Shown piece by piece: positions 8,933 to 18,203 of a stretch of DNA of 31,007 nucleotides. The position numbers and the translations under genes were made by a program. A model generated the notes under the pieces. That model was not told where the DNA came from and did not search any database. It worked only from the letters and a program-made list of their open reading frames with translations. The DNA comes from a virus (Duplodnaviria; Heunggongvirae; Uroviricota; Caudoviricetes): the IMG/VR virus record IMGVR_UViG_2917881069_000004. One strand, 5' to 3'. The stretch's first letter is position 1, and each line of letters opens with the position of its first letter.

Positions 8933-9232
8933 TTAGTTGTTCCCCAAAGAGCCGGCCATGGCTGCATATTTAATTTCTTCGCTGGGTATTTCAGGATGTA
9001 GTTGAATTTGCCTGATGACATAGCCAGGAACTTCGTCACTCCACAGTTTCGCCGCGTCCTTACAGACCTTATACGCGAAGTCTCTATTCTCAAAGGCATA
9101 GGATTTTCCGTATGCATATTGCTGACAGGCATGAACATAAGCTCCGAAGTCGCCGTCTTTATCTGGCAAAGCACATCCAGCCAAGGCTATGATGATTGCT
9201 ACTAACGTAAAGGAGAAAGTTATACGTTTCAT
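8933..9232 (-). CDS. Small lipoprotein (99 aa), unknown function
   Basis: Signal peptide with lipobox LAGC (MKRITFSFTLVAIIIALAGC..). Located in the A-Q variable island. Confidence 0.65.
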   Translation of the reverse strand: MKRITFSFTLVAIIIALAGCALPDKDGDFGAYVHACQQYAYGKSYAFENRDFAYKVCKDAAKLWSDEVPGYVIRQIQLHPEIPSEEIKYAAMAGSLGNN

Positions 9233-9340
9233 GGTCTCTTTCTAAGCGTTTAGCATTATTTAACTAAGGGGTATCTGCCGTGATTTGGTAGTCCCTGATA
9301 TATATTCTCAGGGACTATGCTGAAGTAGCTTTAATTTCGA

Positions 9341-10147
9341 TTATTTAGAAAGGTACTTATCTCTAAGTTGATTCAGTCTGTCAGCATCGCGTTCTGAAAA
9401 CTCGGCGTCACCATAGATCGATTTCCCATCTGCGTCTTCAAGGCCAATGACTGTGACGGTAAATATAGCATCAGCCGGAACTTTAAGTTTTCCCCAATCA
9501 GAGTATCTATTAGGGGCTAATTTCCAGTTGGCTTTCTCACCTGGTTCCAGACCTCCAGAAATTTTATAGTTGAAGACGTCAGAGAACCAAGGGACGCTTC
9601 TTCCTGGACTGGCAATAACTCCTTTGAAGAATACTCTGGCAACCGCTTTGTCTGTTCCGTTTTCAACGCTAATATCCAGAATTGGCTGATCATTGCCGTA
9701 ATCCTCTTTCTGGAAATAAAAACGGGAACGTTCGACCTTGAAGGCTTTCATTTTTTCCGCAGCCTGTGTTGCAGAGGTTTGTTTGGCTTCCAGTTCTTTT
9801 ATTTCTTGCAGAGCCTGTTCTTTCTCTCTCTTCTCACGCTCAAGGCGAATAGTTTGTGCGTAATTTATAACCTCATCACCAGTTTTACCTTCCAACGCTG
9901 ACTTAATTTTTGTTTCGTAGACGTCCCCAGAAGACGTTCCAGCCTGCATTAGCTCTCTCATGTTGATTTGGCTAAAGGCAACGACTTTAACTGCATCATC
10001 AAACTGAGCTTTTTTATCTGCAGGTAAGGACTCTCTTACTTTTTGAATGGACTCTTTCATCGACTGATCGCTTGATGCATCGATCTTCGGTTTGTCACAA
10101 GCAGTAAGCAGCAGAGCAAAAGCAATTACGCCAGTTAATTTCTTCAT
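9341..10147 (-). CDS. Lipoprotein (about 267 aa), unknown function
   Basis: Track ORF 9341..10219. The likely true start is the internal ATG at 10147 (MKKLTGVIAFALLLTAC, lipobox LLTAC), because the upstream extension is the translation of a hairpin plus T-run. Central Lys/Glu-rich predicted coiled region. Confidence 0.65.
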   Translation of the reverse strand: MKKLTGVIAFALLLTACDKPKIDASSDQSMKESIQKVRESLPADKKAQFDDAVKVVAFSQINMRELMQAGTSSGDVYETKIKSALEGKTGDEVINYAQTIRLEREKREKEQALQEIKELEAKQTSATQAAEKMKAFKVERSRFYFQKEDYGNDQPILDISVENGTDKAVARVFFKGVIASPGRSVPWFSDVFNYKISGGLEPGEKANWKLAPNRYSDWGKLKVPADAIFTVTVIGLEDADGKSIYGDAEFSERDADRLNQLRDKYLSK

Positions 10148-10161
10148 ATCCCTATCCCAAT

Positions 10162-10197
10162 CGTAAAAAAACAAGGCTAATCCTAACAGGATTAGCT
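10162..10197 (-). terminator. Terminator-like hairpin plus U-tract in the leader of the lipoprotein gene
   Basis: On the minus strand CTAATCCT-gtt-AGGATTAG (perfect 8-bp stem) is followed by CCTTGTTTTTTT, 15 nt upstream of the ATG at 10147. A candidate -35/-10 pair (TTTATA-17-TATGAG) lies just upstream. Confidence 0.5.
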
Positions 10198-10662
10198 GGC
10201 ATGACAAACTCATAGCCATATAGGTGTGCTGTATAAATTAGCGGGATGAGAAAGCCTGCGCAGCCCCTCATGTTGAAACTTGATTTTAGCTCAAAAGAGC
10301 TGACACTAAATAACTGCGCGGAATAATGCTCCACTTTCGGTTAGCCCTTGCTGGGTAAGGCGTGGGGCCGTTTTCTTCGCCTGATCCTGCTGTATCTGGC
10401 CTACAGTATGTTGCCCTTACGCGACATGCCACATGTCAGTAAACGGCAGGTGTAGCAGTATTAGACGCAGCTATTTAGTGTGTATTAAGCTGGCTCATAT
10501 TTATGACTGGTTTCAAGGTTTGACCGATTTTCATGTCATGCATGTCTATGCTGCATGAGTTCGCATGATCGTTTGAGGATCGGTTTGGCTAAGACATGCC
10601 AGAACTGGCGGGCTTTTGCTCATGTCATGCAGGTGCATGAAAACCACTACATAAAGCGGGCA

Positions 10663-10681
10663 GGCGTGGCGGGGATACGAG
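10663..10681. other. cos site (cohesive-end region)
   Basis: GGCGTGGCGGGGATACGAG resembles the 19-nt cohesive ends of P2 (GGCGAGGCGGGGAAAGCAC) and 186 as recalled. Correct position between the variable island and portal gene Q. Confidence 0.6.
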
Positions 10682-10770
10682 CGCGCGCAACGGGGTAAAA
10701 TGGCCAAAATCCGGCACAGCCTCTGGCCCGCTGGCGGCCTCATTTAGTGGAGGGGGGGCGATGTCAGGGC

Positions 10771-10806
10771 AAAAAGAAACGCCCCGCAGAATGCTGCTGA
10801 GGCGTT
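10771..10806 (-). terminator. Possible terminator of the leftward P-Q late operon
   Basis: AACGCC / GGCGTT arms with an internal GCAG/CTGC mini-stem, followed on the minus strand by a T-run; about 40 nt downstream of the Q stop. Loop is long, so weak. Confidence 0.3.
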
Positions 10807-10841
10807 GTGAGAGTTGGTCGGTTATTGATGTTATGAGTATG

Positions 10842-11885
10842 TCAGCTTCGTTTGCCCTTAAGTCCTAAGTCATAGGCTTCAAAACGGATAACCTCTTCAT
10901 CCAGCCAGTCATTCAGCTCCTGCAGTCGCTTTTGCAGGGGCATCAGTTCATTGCGGACGAAGACACGGCTCGCTTTTTCCACATCCCCAAAGCCGCCAGT
11001 GTTGTTGGGAATGATGCCCATCATTTGCGGCGGTACGCGGTGAGCCGCCATCATGTCATCGCGGCTGACGTTCTTGATGTTCAGAAATTCATCCTTCGCC
11101 GCGACTTCCGACAACGGGATAATCTGAATGCCATCTTTTTTGCCGTTAGGCGAGTACATAAACAGGTTGCGGAAGTTGCCCGGTCCTTTAGCACTTTTCA
11201 TTGCCTTGCGGATGTTGTTCACATCCTCCTGGTTCTGTGCGGCGTCGGTCATGTACATGATGAAGCCTGCGTGGCTGCCGTTAATGTAATACTTGCGGCG
11301 GAACAGCGTGGCGGATTCGTTGAGCAGAGCTGACGGAATGGCAGAAAGGTAACCCGGCAGACCATAAATCTCCTGGTTGATATCCGGCTCCATCAGGTGG
11401 AAGACGTTACCTTTTGTGAACTGATACGGCTGTGTCGTCAGGCTGTATTGCACAAACCAGTATGTTTCAAGGTCAAGCCCGCGTCGGGTGTATTTTGCCA
11501 GTGCAGGCTCCAGCGAAATAACTTCACCAAAGCGGTTCGTGCGTTTCTCCAGGTAGGCGTTACCAAAAACCAGATAGTCCTGCACAAAACGGGTAAATGC
11601 CTGCTGGCTGAGAAGGCGATGTGGAATATAGGTACTGCTGATAATGTCACGCTTAACACTGATCGGGGAGCTGTGGTGCACGGCGGCGCGGAAGGTGCGC
11701 GCCAGTCCGTCAAAGCTGACGGGTGGCTCATACCAGCGATCCATCTGTACGCATTCCACATAGTCCAGCAGTTCGCGGCGGTCCAGTACAGGAATGGGAT
11801 CACCAAAGCTGAAAGCCTCCGCAACGGGTTTTTTAGTTTCTTCTGCAGTTACGGTTTCGCCTGGCGCGATATGTTCTTTCATCAA
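10842..11885 (-). CDS. Q: Portal protein (P2 gpQ-like)
   Basis: 347 aa (P2 Q is about 344 aa). Start overlaps the terminase stop. Position next to cos. Confidence 0.85.
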   Translation of the reverse strand: MMKEHIAPGETVTAEETKKPVAEAFSFGDPIPVLDRRELLDYVECVQMDRWYEPPVSFDGLARTFRAAVHHSSPISVKRDIISSTYIPHRLLSQQAFTRFVQDYLVFGNAYLEKRTNRFGEVISLEPALAKYTRRGLDLETYWFVQYSLTTQPYQFTKGNVFHLMEPDINQEIYGLPGYLSAIPSALLNESATLFRRKYYINGSHAGFIMYMTDAAQNQEDVNNIRKAMKSAKGPGNFRNLFMYSPNGKKDGIQIIPLSEVAAKDEFLNIKNVSRDDMMAAHRVPPQMMGIIPNNTGGFGDVEKASRVFVRNELMPLQKRLQELNDWLDEEVIRFEAYDLGLKGKRS

Positions 11886-13646
11886 AAAATCTCCACAATA
11901 TTGCTGGTATTGGCGGACTCGCCCTGCAGCGGTTCGTTAAACAGTGCGTGCATGGTTGCCCATGCCAGATCGGCGTGGCTGGCTTCTTCGCTGCGGCTGG
12001 CTTCGTAGGTCGGGCGGTTGCCACTGGCGGTGGTGGCGCGACGGATTGCCATGAATGACTGCGCAATGTCGGTATGTCCGGCGTCAAACTCCAGACGGCG
12101 GTGGCTGATAATGTCGTAGGCCTTGAGTACCAGGGCGTTTTTAACGTTGGGGTTGTAGACAAACTCCCGGACGGCAGGAAAGAACGCTTTCACGTTCTCG
12201 TAAACCCCGTGACCGACGCCGGTTGAGTCGATACCGATATAGGTCACGTTGTACTGTTCGGTCAGTTTTTTGATGGCGTCAGCTGGGCGCGGAAGTCCAT
12301 CCCGCGCCACTGGTGACGCTCAAGAATGCGGAACTTACCGCCTGGCACGGCTGGCGGTGCCACCACCACGCATCCGGCGCTGTCGCCGTTCTGCGTACCT
12401 TTTGCCGGGTCATAACCGATCCACACTTCGCGCCAGCCAAACGGGCGCAGGGCCAGTGCATGAAAGTCGGTCCAGACTTCCCAGCTGTCCACCATGCACG
12501 CCTGCAATTCGCTGAGCGGGAACACAGATGCGAGATCGTCAACGAACTCGCACATCAGCAGGTTCTGGTATTCGTCCGGGCTGTACTCCATGCGCAACTG
12601 GTCGAGGTCGAACAGGTTACAGCCGCCGCGTACCGCATCTTCCACGGTGATTATCTGGCGGTATTGCCCGTCTGCGCACAGCAGGCCGGGGGCCAGATTG
12701 CTGTGGGACAGGTCGATGTCCACCTTATCGGCTTTGTTGCGCCCACGGTTGAACAGCGCACCGGACCAGAACGGATAAGCACTGTGTGTCAGGCTGGATG
12801 GCGTGGAAAAATAGGTCTGTCGCCATTTCTTGTGAATAGCCATACCGGAAGCCACTTTGCGCAGCTCCTGGAATTTCGGTATCCAGAAATATTCATCCAG
12901 ATACAGGTTGCCGTGGTAACTCTGGGCCGTGCGGGCATTGGTGCCGAGGAAATACAGTGTGGCCCCGTTGGGAAGCACCATCGGATCGCCTTTCAGCTCC
13001 ACCTCCACTTCTTTGGCGAAGTCGATGATGTACTGCTTAAAGACGTGGGCCTGTGCCTTACTGGCAGAAAGGAAAATCTGGTTACGTCCGGTAAGCAGGG
13101 CGTCAATCAGGGCTTCACGGGCAAAGTAAAAGGTCGCACCGATCTGGCGTGACTTCAGCAGGTTGCGGATGCGGTTGGTTTTTCCGGCTTCCCACCAGTG
13201 GCGCTGGTAGTTGAACATGGAGGAATGGAAGATTTCTTCCAGCTTCTCAATCTGTTCATCGGTGAAAACGTTCTTTTCCGGCTGACGACGCGGGCCTTTG
13301 TTGCGGTTGGCGACGTTAGGGTTTAAGTCGCTTCGTTGCCGCCATTGTTAAACTTGCCGATCCGCGCGTGGCGCTCCGACTGGCGCGCCAGCAGGTCAAT
13401 CTCTTTGAAATCTTTCCCTTCTTTGTGCTCCTTCATAATGAGCTGGCAGTAGCGTGCGGCGGTGGTGAGCTGCATCTGATCCAGCGGCCCATAATCACCC
13501 CACTTGTCGCGTTTTTTCCAGCTGTGAACGGTTGCAACTTTCTCGCCCAGCATTTCAGCAATGCGGGCTACGCGGTATCCCTGAAAGTACAGCAGCATGG
13601 CCTGCCGACGGGGATCGAGATCTGCGGGTGTCAGTGTGGTGTTCAT
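11882..13646 (-). CDS. P: Terminase large (ATPase) subunit (P2 gpP-like); two apparent 1-nt frame shifts
   Basis: Three track ORFs (13323..13646, 12262..13218, 11882..12310) tile one gene of about 588 codons. Junctions lie near 13327-13347 and near 12285-12300 (ccc run). The sense continues across both junctions. Confidence 0.8.
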
Positions 13647-13692
13647 GGCACAAACCTACAGCCTTGAATGAAGGCTTTCCCCGCCTGCGGTT

Positions 13693-13710
13693 TGTGTGGT
13701 TGTCGGTACA
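13693..13710 (+). promoter_or_regulatory. Late-promoter activator dyad TGT-N12-ACA (PO-like)
   Basis: TGTgtggttgtcggtACA in the P/O divergent intergenic region, centred about 87 nt upstream of the O start. P2 late promoters carry this dyad near -55 (established). Confidence 0.55.
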
Positions 13711-13788
13711 AATACCGCGCATTGTTTCACTGCCCCCATCACCGCAACCATAAGGCTCCAGTAAGTTTTTTCTAACGGAGCACGGCTC

Positions 13789-14621
13789 ATGACAGTGAAA
13801 GCAAAGCGTTTTCGCATCGGGGTGGAAGGTGCCACCACCGACGGACGCGAAATCCAGCGTGAATGGCTGGAACAGATGGCAGCCAGCTACAACCCGGCGG
13901 TGTATACCGCGCTGATTAACCTTGAGCACATTAAGTCTTATCTGCCGGACAGCACCTTTAATCGCTACGGCAAGGTGACGGCATTGTTTGCTAAAGAAAT
14001 CACGGAAGGTCCGCTGGCGGGCAAGATGGCGCTGTATGCCGACGTTGAGCCAACGGAGTCCCTGGTGGAGCTGGTGAAAAAAGGCCAGAAATTATTCACC
14101 TCTATGGAAGTCAGCCCGAAGTTTGCTGATACGGGCAAAGCCTACCTGGTCGGCCTGGCTGCCACTGATGATCCCGCCAGTCTGGGTACGGAAATGCTGA
14201 CATTCAGCGCCAGTGCAGCCCATAACCCGCTGGCAAATCGCAAGCAGAATCCCGCCAATCTCTTTACCGCCGCAGAGGAAACGGTGATCGAACTGGAAGA
14301 AGTCCAGGACGACAAACCGTCCCTGTTTGCCCGCGTCACGGCGCTGTTCACCAAAAAGAGCAGTCAGACGATGCCCGGTTCTCTGATGTGCATAAGGCCG
14401 TGGAGCTGGTCGCCACTGAGCAGCAAAACCTGAGCGGACGCACCGAAAAATCCCTGTCTGAGCAGGAAGAACGCCTGTCTGAGCTGGAGACTGCTCTGCA
14501 GGAGCAGCAAACCGCCTTTAACGAACTGGTGAATAAGCTGAGTCATGAAGACAGCCGCCAGGACTACCGCCAGCGTGCAACAGGCGGTAACGCCCCCGCT
14601 GACACTCTGACCAATTGCTGA
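13789..14621 (+). CDS. O: Capsid scaffold protein (P2 gpO-like); apparent 1-nt frame shift near 14370
   Basis: Track ORFs 13789..14433 and 14388..14621 overlap in different frames and sum to about 277 aa (P2 O is about 284 aa). Confidence 0.75.
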
Positions 14622-14637
14622 TGGAGCACAAAACCCG

Positions 14638-15696
14638 ATGAAGAAGAATACCCGCTTTGCTTTTAACGCTTACCTGCAGCAGCTGGCGCGTCTGAACGGT
14701 GTGGCAGTTGAAGAACTGTCCAGCAAGTTCACCGTAGAGCCGTCCGTGCAGCAGACGCTGGAAGACCAGATCCAGCAGTCCGCCGCTTTCCTGACGCTGA
14801 TTAACGTCACGCCAGTGACTGAGCAGTCTGGTCAGTTGCTGGGGCTGGGTGTTGGCAGCACCATTGCCGGAACCACTGATACCACAGCTAAAGAGCGTGA
14901 GCCTGTCGATCCGACGCTGATGGTCGATGTGGAATATAAATGCGAGCAGACCAACTTTGACACGGTGCTGACCTACGCGAAGCTGGATCTGTGGGCGAAG
15001 TTTCAGGATTTCCAGGTGCGCATCCGTGACGCCATCGTGAAACGTCAGGCACTGGACCGCATCATGATCGGCTTTAACGGCGTGAAGCGTGCGAAAACCT
15101 CCAACCGTAGCGAAAACCCGCTGCTGCAGGATGTGAATAAAGGCTGGCTGCAGAAAATCCGTGAGGATGCACCGGATCACGTCATGGGCAGCACCACCAC
15201 GGGCGGTGAAACCACACCGGGCGCGGTGAAAGTCGGCAAAGGTGGCGAATATGCCAACCTGGACGCCGTAGTGATGGATGCCGTTAATGAGCTTATCGAC
15301 GTGGTCTACCAGGACGATGACGATCTGGTGGTGATTTGCGGTCGTGAACTGCTGTCTGACAAGTATTTCCCGCTGGTCAACAAAGAGCAGGAAAACAGTG
15401 AAAAACTGGCTGCCGATATGATCATCAGTCAGAAACGCATGGGTGGCCTGCAGGCCGTGCGTGCGCCGTTCTTCCCGCCGAATGCGCTGCTTATCACCCG
15501 TCTGGATAACCTGTCCATCTACTGGCAGGAAGACACCCGCCGCCGTTCAGTTATCGACAACCCGAAACGTGACCGGATTGAAAATTTTGAATCCGTTAAC
15601 GAAGCCTATGTGGTTGAGGACTACCGCTGCGCTGCACTGGTGGAAAACATCCAGATTGGCGACTTCAGCGCCGCCGCAGCAGAAGCCGGAGCGTAA
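14638..15696 (+). CDS. N: Major capsid protein (P2 gpN-like)
   Basis: 352 aa; position and size match P2 N. Confidence 0.85.
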   Translation: MKKNTRFAFNAYLQQLARLNGVAVEELSSKFTVEPSVQQTLEDQIQQSAAFLTLINVTPVTEQSGQLLGLGVGSTIAGTTDTTAKEREPVDPTLMVDVEYKCEQTNFDTVLTYAKLDLWAKFQDFQVRIRDAIVKRQALDRIMIGFNGVKRAKTSNRSENPLLQDVNKGWLQKIREDAPDHVMGSTTTGGETTPGAVKVGKGGEYANLDAVVMDAVNELIDVVYQDDDDLVVICGRELLSDKYFPLVNKEQENSEKLAADMIISQKRMGGLQAVRAPFFPPNALLITRLDNLSIYWQEDTRRRSVIDNPKRDRIENFESVNEAYVVEDYRCAALVENIQIGDFSAAAAEAGA

Positions 15697-15699
15697 CCC

Positions 15700-16350
15700 A
15701 TGAGCCTGAGTCCCGCACGGCAGCATCGCCTGCGCGTTCAGGCTGAACAGGCCGCCCGCGAGGGCGGCAGCGTTCGCCACGCGTCGGGCTATGACCTGAT
15801 GCTGCTGCAACTGGCGGAAGACCGCCGCCGTCTCAAGGGCGTTCAGTCCACGGTGAAAAAAGCGGAAATCAAGGTGGAGCTGCTGCCGAAATATGCCGCC
15901 TGGGCGGAGGGCGTCCTGGCTGCCGGAGGCGCTCAACAGGATGACGTGCTGATGTACGTGATGCTGTGGCGCATTGATGCCGGAGATTATGCCGGGGCGC
16001 TGGAGATCGGGCGTCATGCCCTGCGTCATGGCTGGGTGATGCCGCTGGGTAATCGCAATGTGCAGACCGTGCTGGCAGAGGAAATGGCAGACGCCGCGCA
16101 GAGCGCAATGCTTGCCGCCACCGGCTTTGATGCCGATCTGTTGCTGCAGACACTGGAGCTGACAGACGGTCTGGATATGCCGGACCAGTCACGGGCGCGT
16201 CTGCATAAAGCGATTGGCGCTGTCCTGAGTGAAAGCAATCCGGCTTCCGCCCTTAATCATCTCAACCATGCGTTACAGCTCGATCCCCGCTGTGGCGTGA
16301 AAAAAGACAAACAGCAGCTGGAGCGCAGACTGCGCAATGACAGCCGCTGA
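15700..16350 (+). CDS. M: Terminase small (endonuclease) subunit (P2 gpM-like)
   Basis: 216 aa, immediately after N. Confidence 0.75.
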   Translation: MSLSPARQHRLRVQAEQAAREGGSVRHASGYDLMLLQLAEDRRRLKGVQSTVKKAEIKVELLPKYAAWAEGVLAAGGAQQDDVLMYVMLWRIDAGDYAGALEIGRHALRHGWVMPLGNRNVQTVLAEEMADAAQSAMLAATGFDADLLLQTLELTDGLDMPDQSRARLHKAIGAVLSESNPASALNHLNHALQLDPRCGVKKDKQQLERRLRNDSR

Positions 16351-16445
16351 CAGAACGTGCCCCCGCGCACGGGCGGCACGGGGTGGCGAAAGGCACTGCC
16401 ACATCAAAACCCCGTCCACCGCCCTTTATTTCAGGAGAAAGCAGC

Positions 16446-16910
16446 ATGAAGTTTGTTGCGCCAGAACAGGCACCGGAACAGGCGGAAATCATCAGAAATA
16501 CGCCGTTCTGGCCTGATGTGGACCTGTCGGAGTTTCGCAGTGTCATGCGCACTGACGGCACGGTGACGCAGCCGCGTTTAAAACAGGTTGCCCTGTCGGC
16601 AATTTCGGAGGTCAACGCAGAGCTGTATGAGTTTCGCAGACGCCAGCAGATGCTGGGATATGCCTCGCTGGCAGAGGTTCCGGCAGAACAGCTGGATGGG
16701 AAAAGTGAGCGCATTCAGCACTATTTCAACGCGGTTTACTGCTGGGCACGCGCCATGCTCAACGAACGTTACCAGGACTATGACGCCACGGCGTCCGGTG
16801 TGAAGCGGGGCGAAGAACTGGCGGAAGCCAGCGGTGATTTGTGGCGTGACGCCCGCTGGGCCATCAGCCGGGTACAGGATGCACCGCACTGTACAGTGGA
16901 GCTTATCTGA
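16446..16910 (+). CDS. L: Head completion protein (P2 gpL-like)
   Basis: Start taken at MKFVAPEQ with CAGGAGAAAGCAGC upstream; about 154 aa. Confidence 0.75.
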   Translation: MKFVAPEQAPEQAEIIRNTPFWPDVDLSEFRSVMRTDGTVTQPRLKQVALSAISEVNAELYEFRRRQQMLGYASLAEVPAEQLDGKSERIQHYFNAVYCWARAMLNERYQDYDATASGVKRGEELAEASGDLWRDARWAISRVQDAPHCTVELI

Positions 16911-17119
16911 TGAAAGTACGTGCGCATCAGTATGACACGGTGGACGCGCTTTGCTGGCGTCATTACGGACGCACGCAGGGTTTCACGGAGCAGGTACTGA
17001 AGGCAAATCCGGGGCTTGCCGAATATGGCCCCTTTTTACCTCACGGGCTGCAGGTGGAGCTGCCGGACATTCCGACCACCACCACCGTGCAGACGTCCAG
17101 CTATGGGACTGAATTATGA
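16910..17119 (+). CDS. X: Tail protein X (P2 gpX-like)
   Basis: 69 aa, overlapping start and stop with its neighbours. Confidence 0.7.
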   Translation: MKVRAHQYDTVDALCWRHYGRTQGFTEQVLKANPGLAEYGPFLPHGLQVELPDIPTTTTVQTSSYGTEL

Positions 17120-17331
17120 CGCTTGAGCGAATCAGCGCCTTTATCACGTATTGCATCGCCGTTGTGCTGGCCTGGCTGGGTGATTTGTCCATCAAGGATG
17201 CCTCAACGCTGGGCGGCCTGATGATTGGTGTGCTGATGCTGGCTATCAACTGGTACTACAAACACAAAGCCTACCAGCTTCTGCGCGACGGGCAGATCTC
17301 GCGGGAGGACTATGAATCCATCAATCGTTAA
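17116..17331 (+). CDS. Y: Holin
   Basis: 71 aa with hydrophobic segments (ISAFITYCIAVVLAWLG, LGGLMIGVLMLAINWYY) and a charged C-terminus; first gene of the lysis cassette. Confidence 0.7.
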   Translation: MTLERISAFITYCIAVVLAWLGDLSIKDASTLGGLMIGVLMLAINWYYKHKAYQLLRDGQISREDYESINR

Positions 17332-17824
17332 ACGCTGCCTTGTCGGGACCGTGCTGGCTATTGCTGCCACGCTGCCGGGTTTTCAGCAGCTTCACACCTC
17401 CGTGGAGGGGCTGAAACTGATTGCCGATTACGAAGGCTGTCGTCTGCAGCCGTATCAGTGTAGCGCGGGTGTCTGGACCGATGGCATTGGTAATACGTCG
17501 GGCGTCATTCCCGGCAAAACTATTACGGAGCGACAGGCAGCGGAAGGGCTGATCTCTAACGTGCTGCGTGTGGAGCGGGCGCTGGAAAGGTGTGTGAAGC
17601 AACAGCCGCCGCAGAAGGTGTATGACGCTACGGTGTCGTTTGCCTTCAACGTGGGAACGGGCAATGCCTGCAGTTCCACGCTGGTGAAATTACTCAACCA
17701 GCGGCGCTGGGCGGATGCGTGCCGACAGTTGCCGCGCTGGGTTTATGTGAAAGGTGTGTTTAATCAGGGGCTGGATAACCGCCGTGCGCGGGAGATGGCC
17801 TGGTGCTTACAGGGAGCAAACTGA
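17312..17824 (+). CDS. K: Endolysin, phage lysozyme (P2 gpK-like)
   Basis: 170 aa with YEGCRLQPYQCSAGVWTDGIGNT, fitting the Glu/Asp/Thr catalytic pattern of GH24 phage lysozymes. Confidence 0.8.
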   Translation: MNPSIVKRCLVGTVLAIAATLPGFQQLHTSVEGLKLIADYEGCRLQPYQCSAGVWTDGIGNTSGVIPGKTITERQAAEGLISNVLRVERALERCVKQQPPQKVYDATVSFAFNVGTGNACSSTLVKLLNQRRWADACRQLPRWVYVKGVFNQGLDNRRAREMAWCLQGAN

Positions 17825-17825
17825 A

Positions 17826-18203
17826 ATGAAAAAGAAATTAATCAGCGGGCTGTTTCTGATGTTATGGATGGCGCTGTTAATCGCAGCAATGGTGTATCCG
17901 CAGGGGATTTTTCCGGTACTGGCAGCGTCCGGCGTTTGGGTAGCCTGTTTGCTGACATGGGCGGTAATTCCGGTAGCACTGGCTGCGTTAATTAAGAATG
18001 GCCCGCTCTGGCAGGAGTTGAGGGCATCTTTGCTGAAGAAAATTACCCGAAAAGAAAACGTATTTATCAGCTGGGTGATGCGATTGCTGATTGTCGTCAG
18101 TCTCGCCTGGACGGGGTGGGCCATTACCCTGGTCTTTTATCTGCTGACCGTTATTGCCTTCTGGATCACCCGTAATCAGATGGCGCAACAGGTAGCAGCA
18201 TGA
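17826..18203 (+). CDS. lysA: Lysis-timing membrane protein (P2 LysA-like)
   Basis: Start at MKKKLISGLFLMLWMALLIAAMV with AGGGAG upstream; several hydrophobic helices. The track ORF start at 17754 overlaps K and is rejected. Confidence 0.65.
   Translation: MKKKLISGLFLMLWMALLIAAMVYPQGIFPVLAASGVWVACLLTWAVIPVALAALIKNGPLWQELRASLLKKITRKENVFISWVMRLLIVVSLAWTGWAITLVFYLLTVIAFWITRNQMAQQVAA

Noticed and set aside
9341-10219. Upstream ATG start (10219) for the larger lipoprotein gene as given in the ORF track
   Set aside because: The extra 25 codons are the translation of the hairpin and T-run; the internal ATG at 10147 gives a canonical lipoprotein signal peptide.
10390-10406. CTGT...ACAG motif resembling a LexA box
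   Set aside because: Spacer is 9 nt, not 8 (CTGT-atctggcct-ACAG), and flanking bases do not fit the consensus.
10546-10743. 65-aa minus-strand ORF
   Set aside because: Falls across the cos site and its flanking repeats; this region is non-coding in P2-family phages.
12313-13152. 279-aa plus-strand ORF
   Set aside because: Lies entirely antisense within the terminase gene P; a typical shadow ORF in GC-rich coding sequence.
14518-15180. 220-aa minus-strand ORF and other antisense or overlapping ORFs across 14000-22700
   Set aside because: All are embedded in well-supported late genes on the plus strand; no independent signals.
17754-17825. N-terminal extension of the lysA ORF overlapping the endolysin gene
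   Set aside because: The ATG at 17826 has a proper RBS and abuts the K stop codon; the extension is read-through of the K 3' end in another frame.
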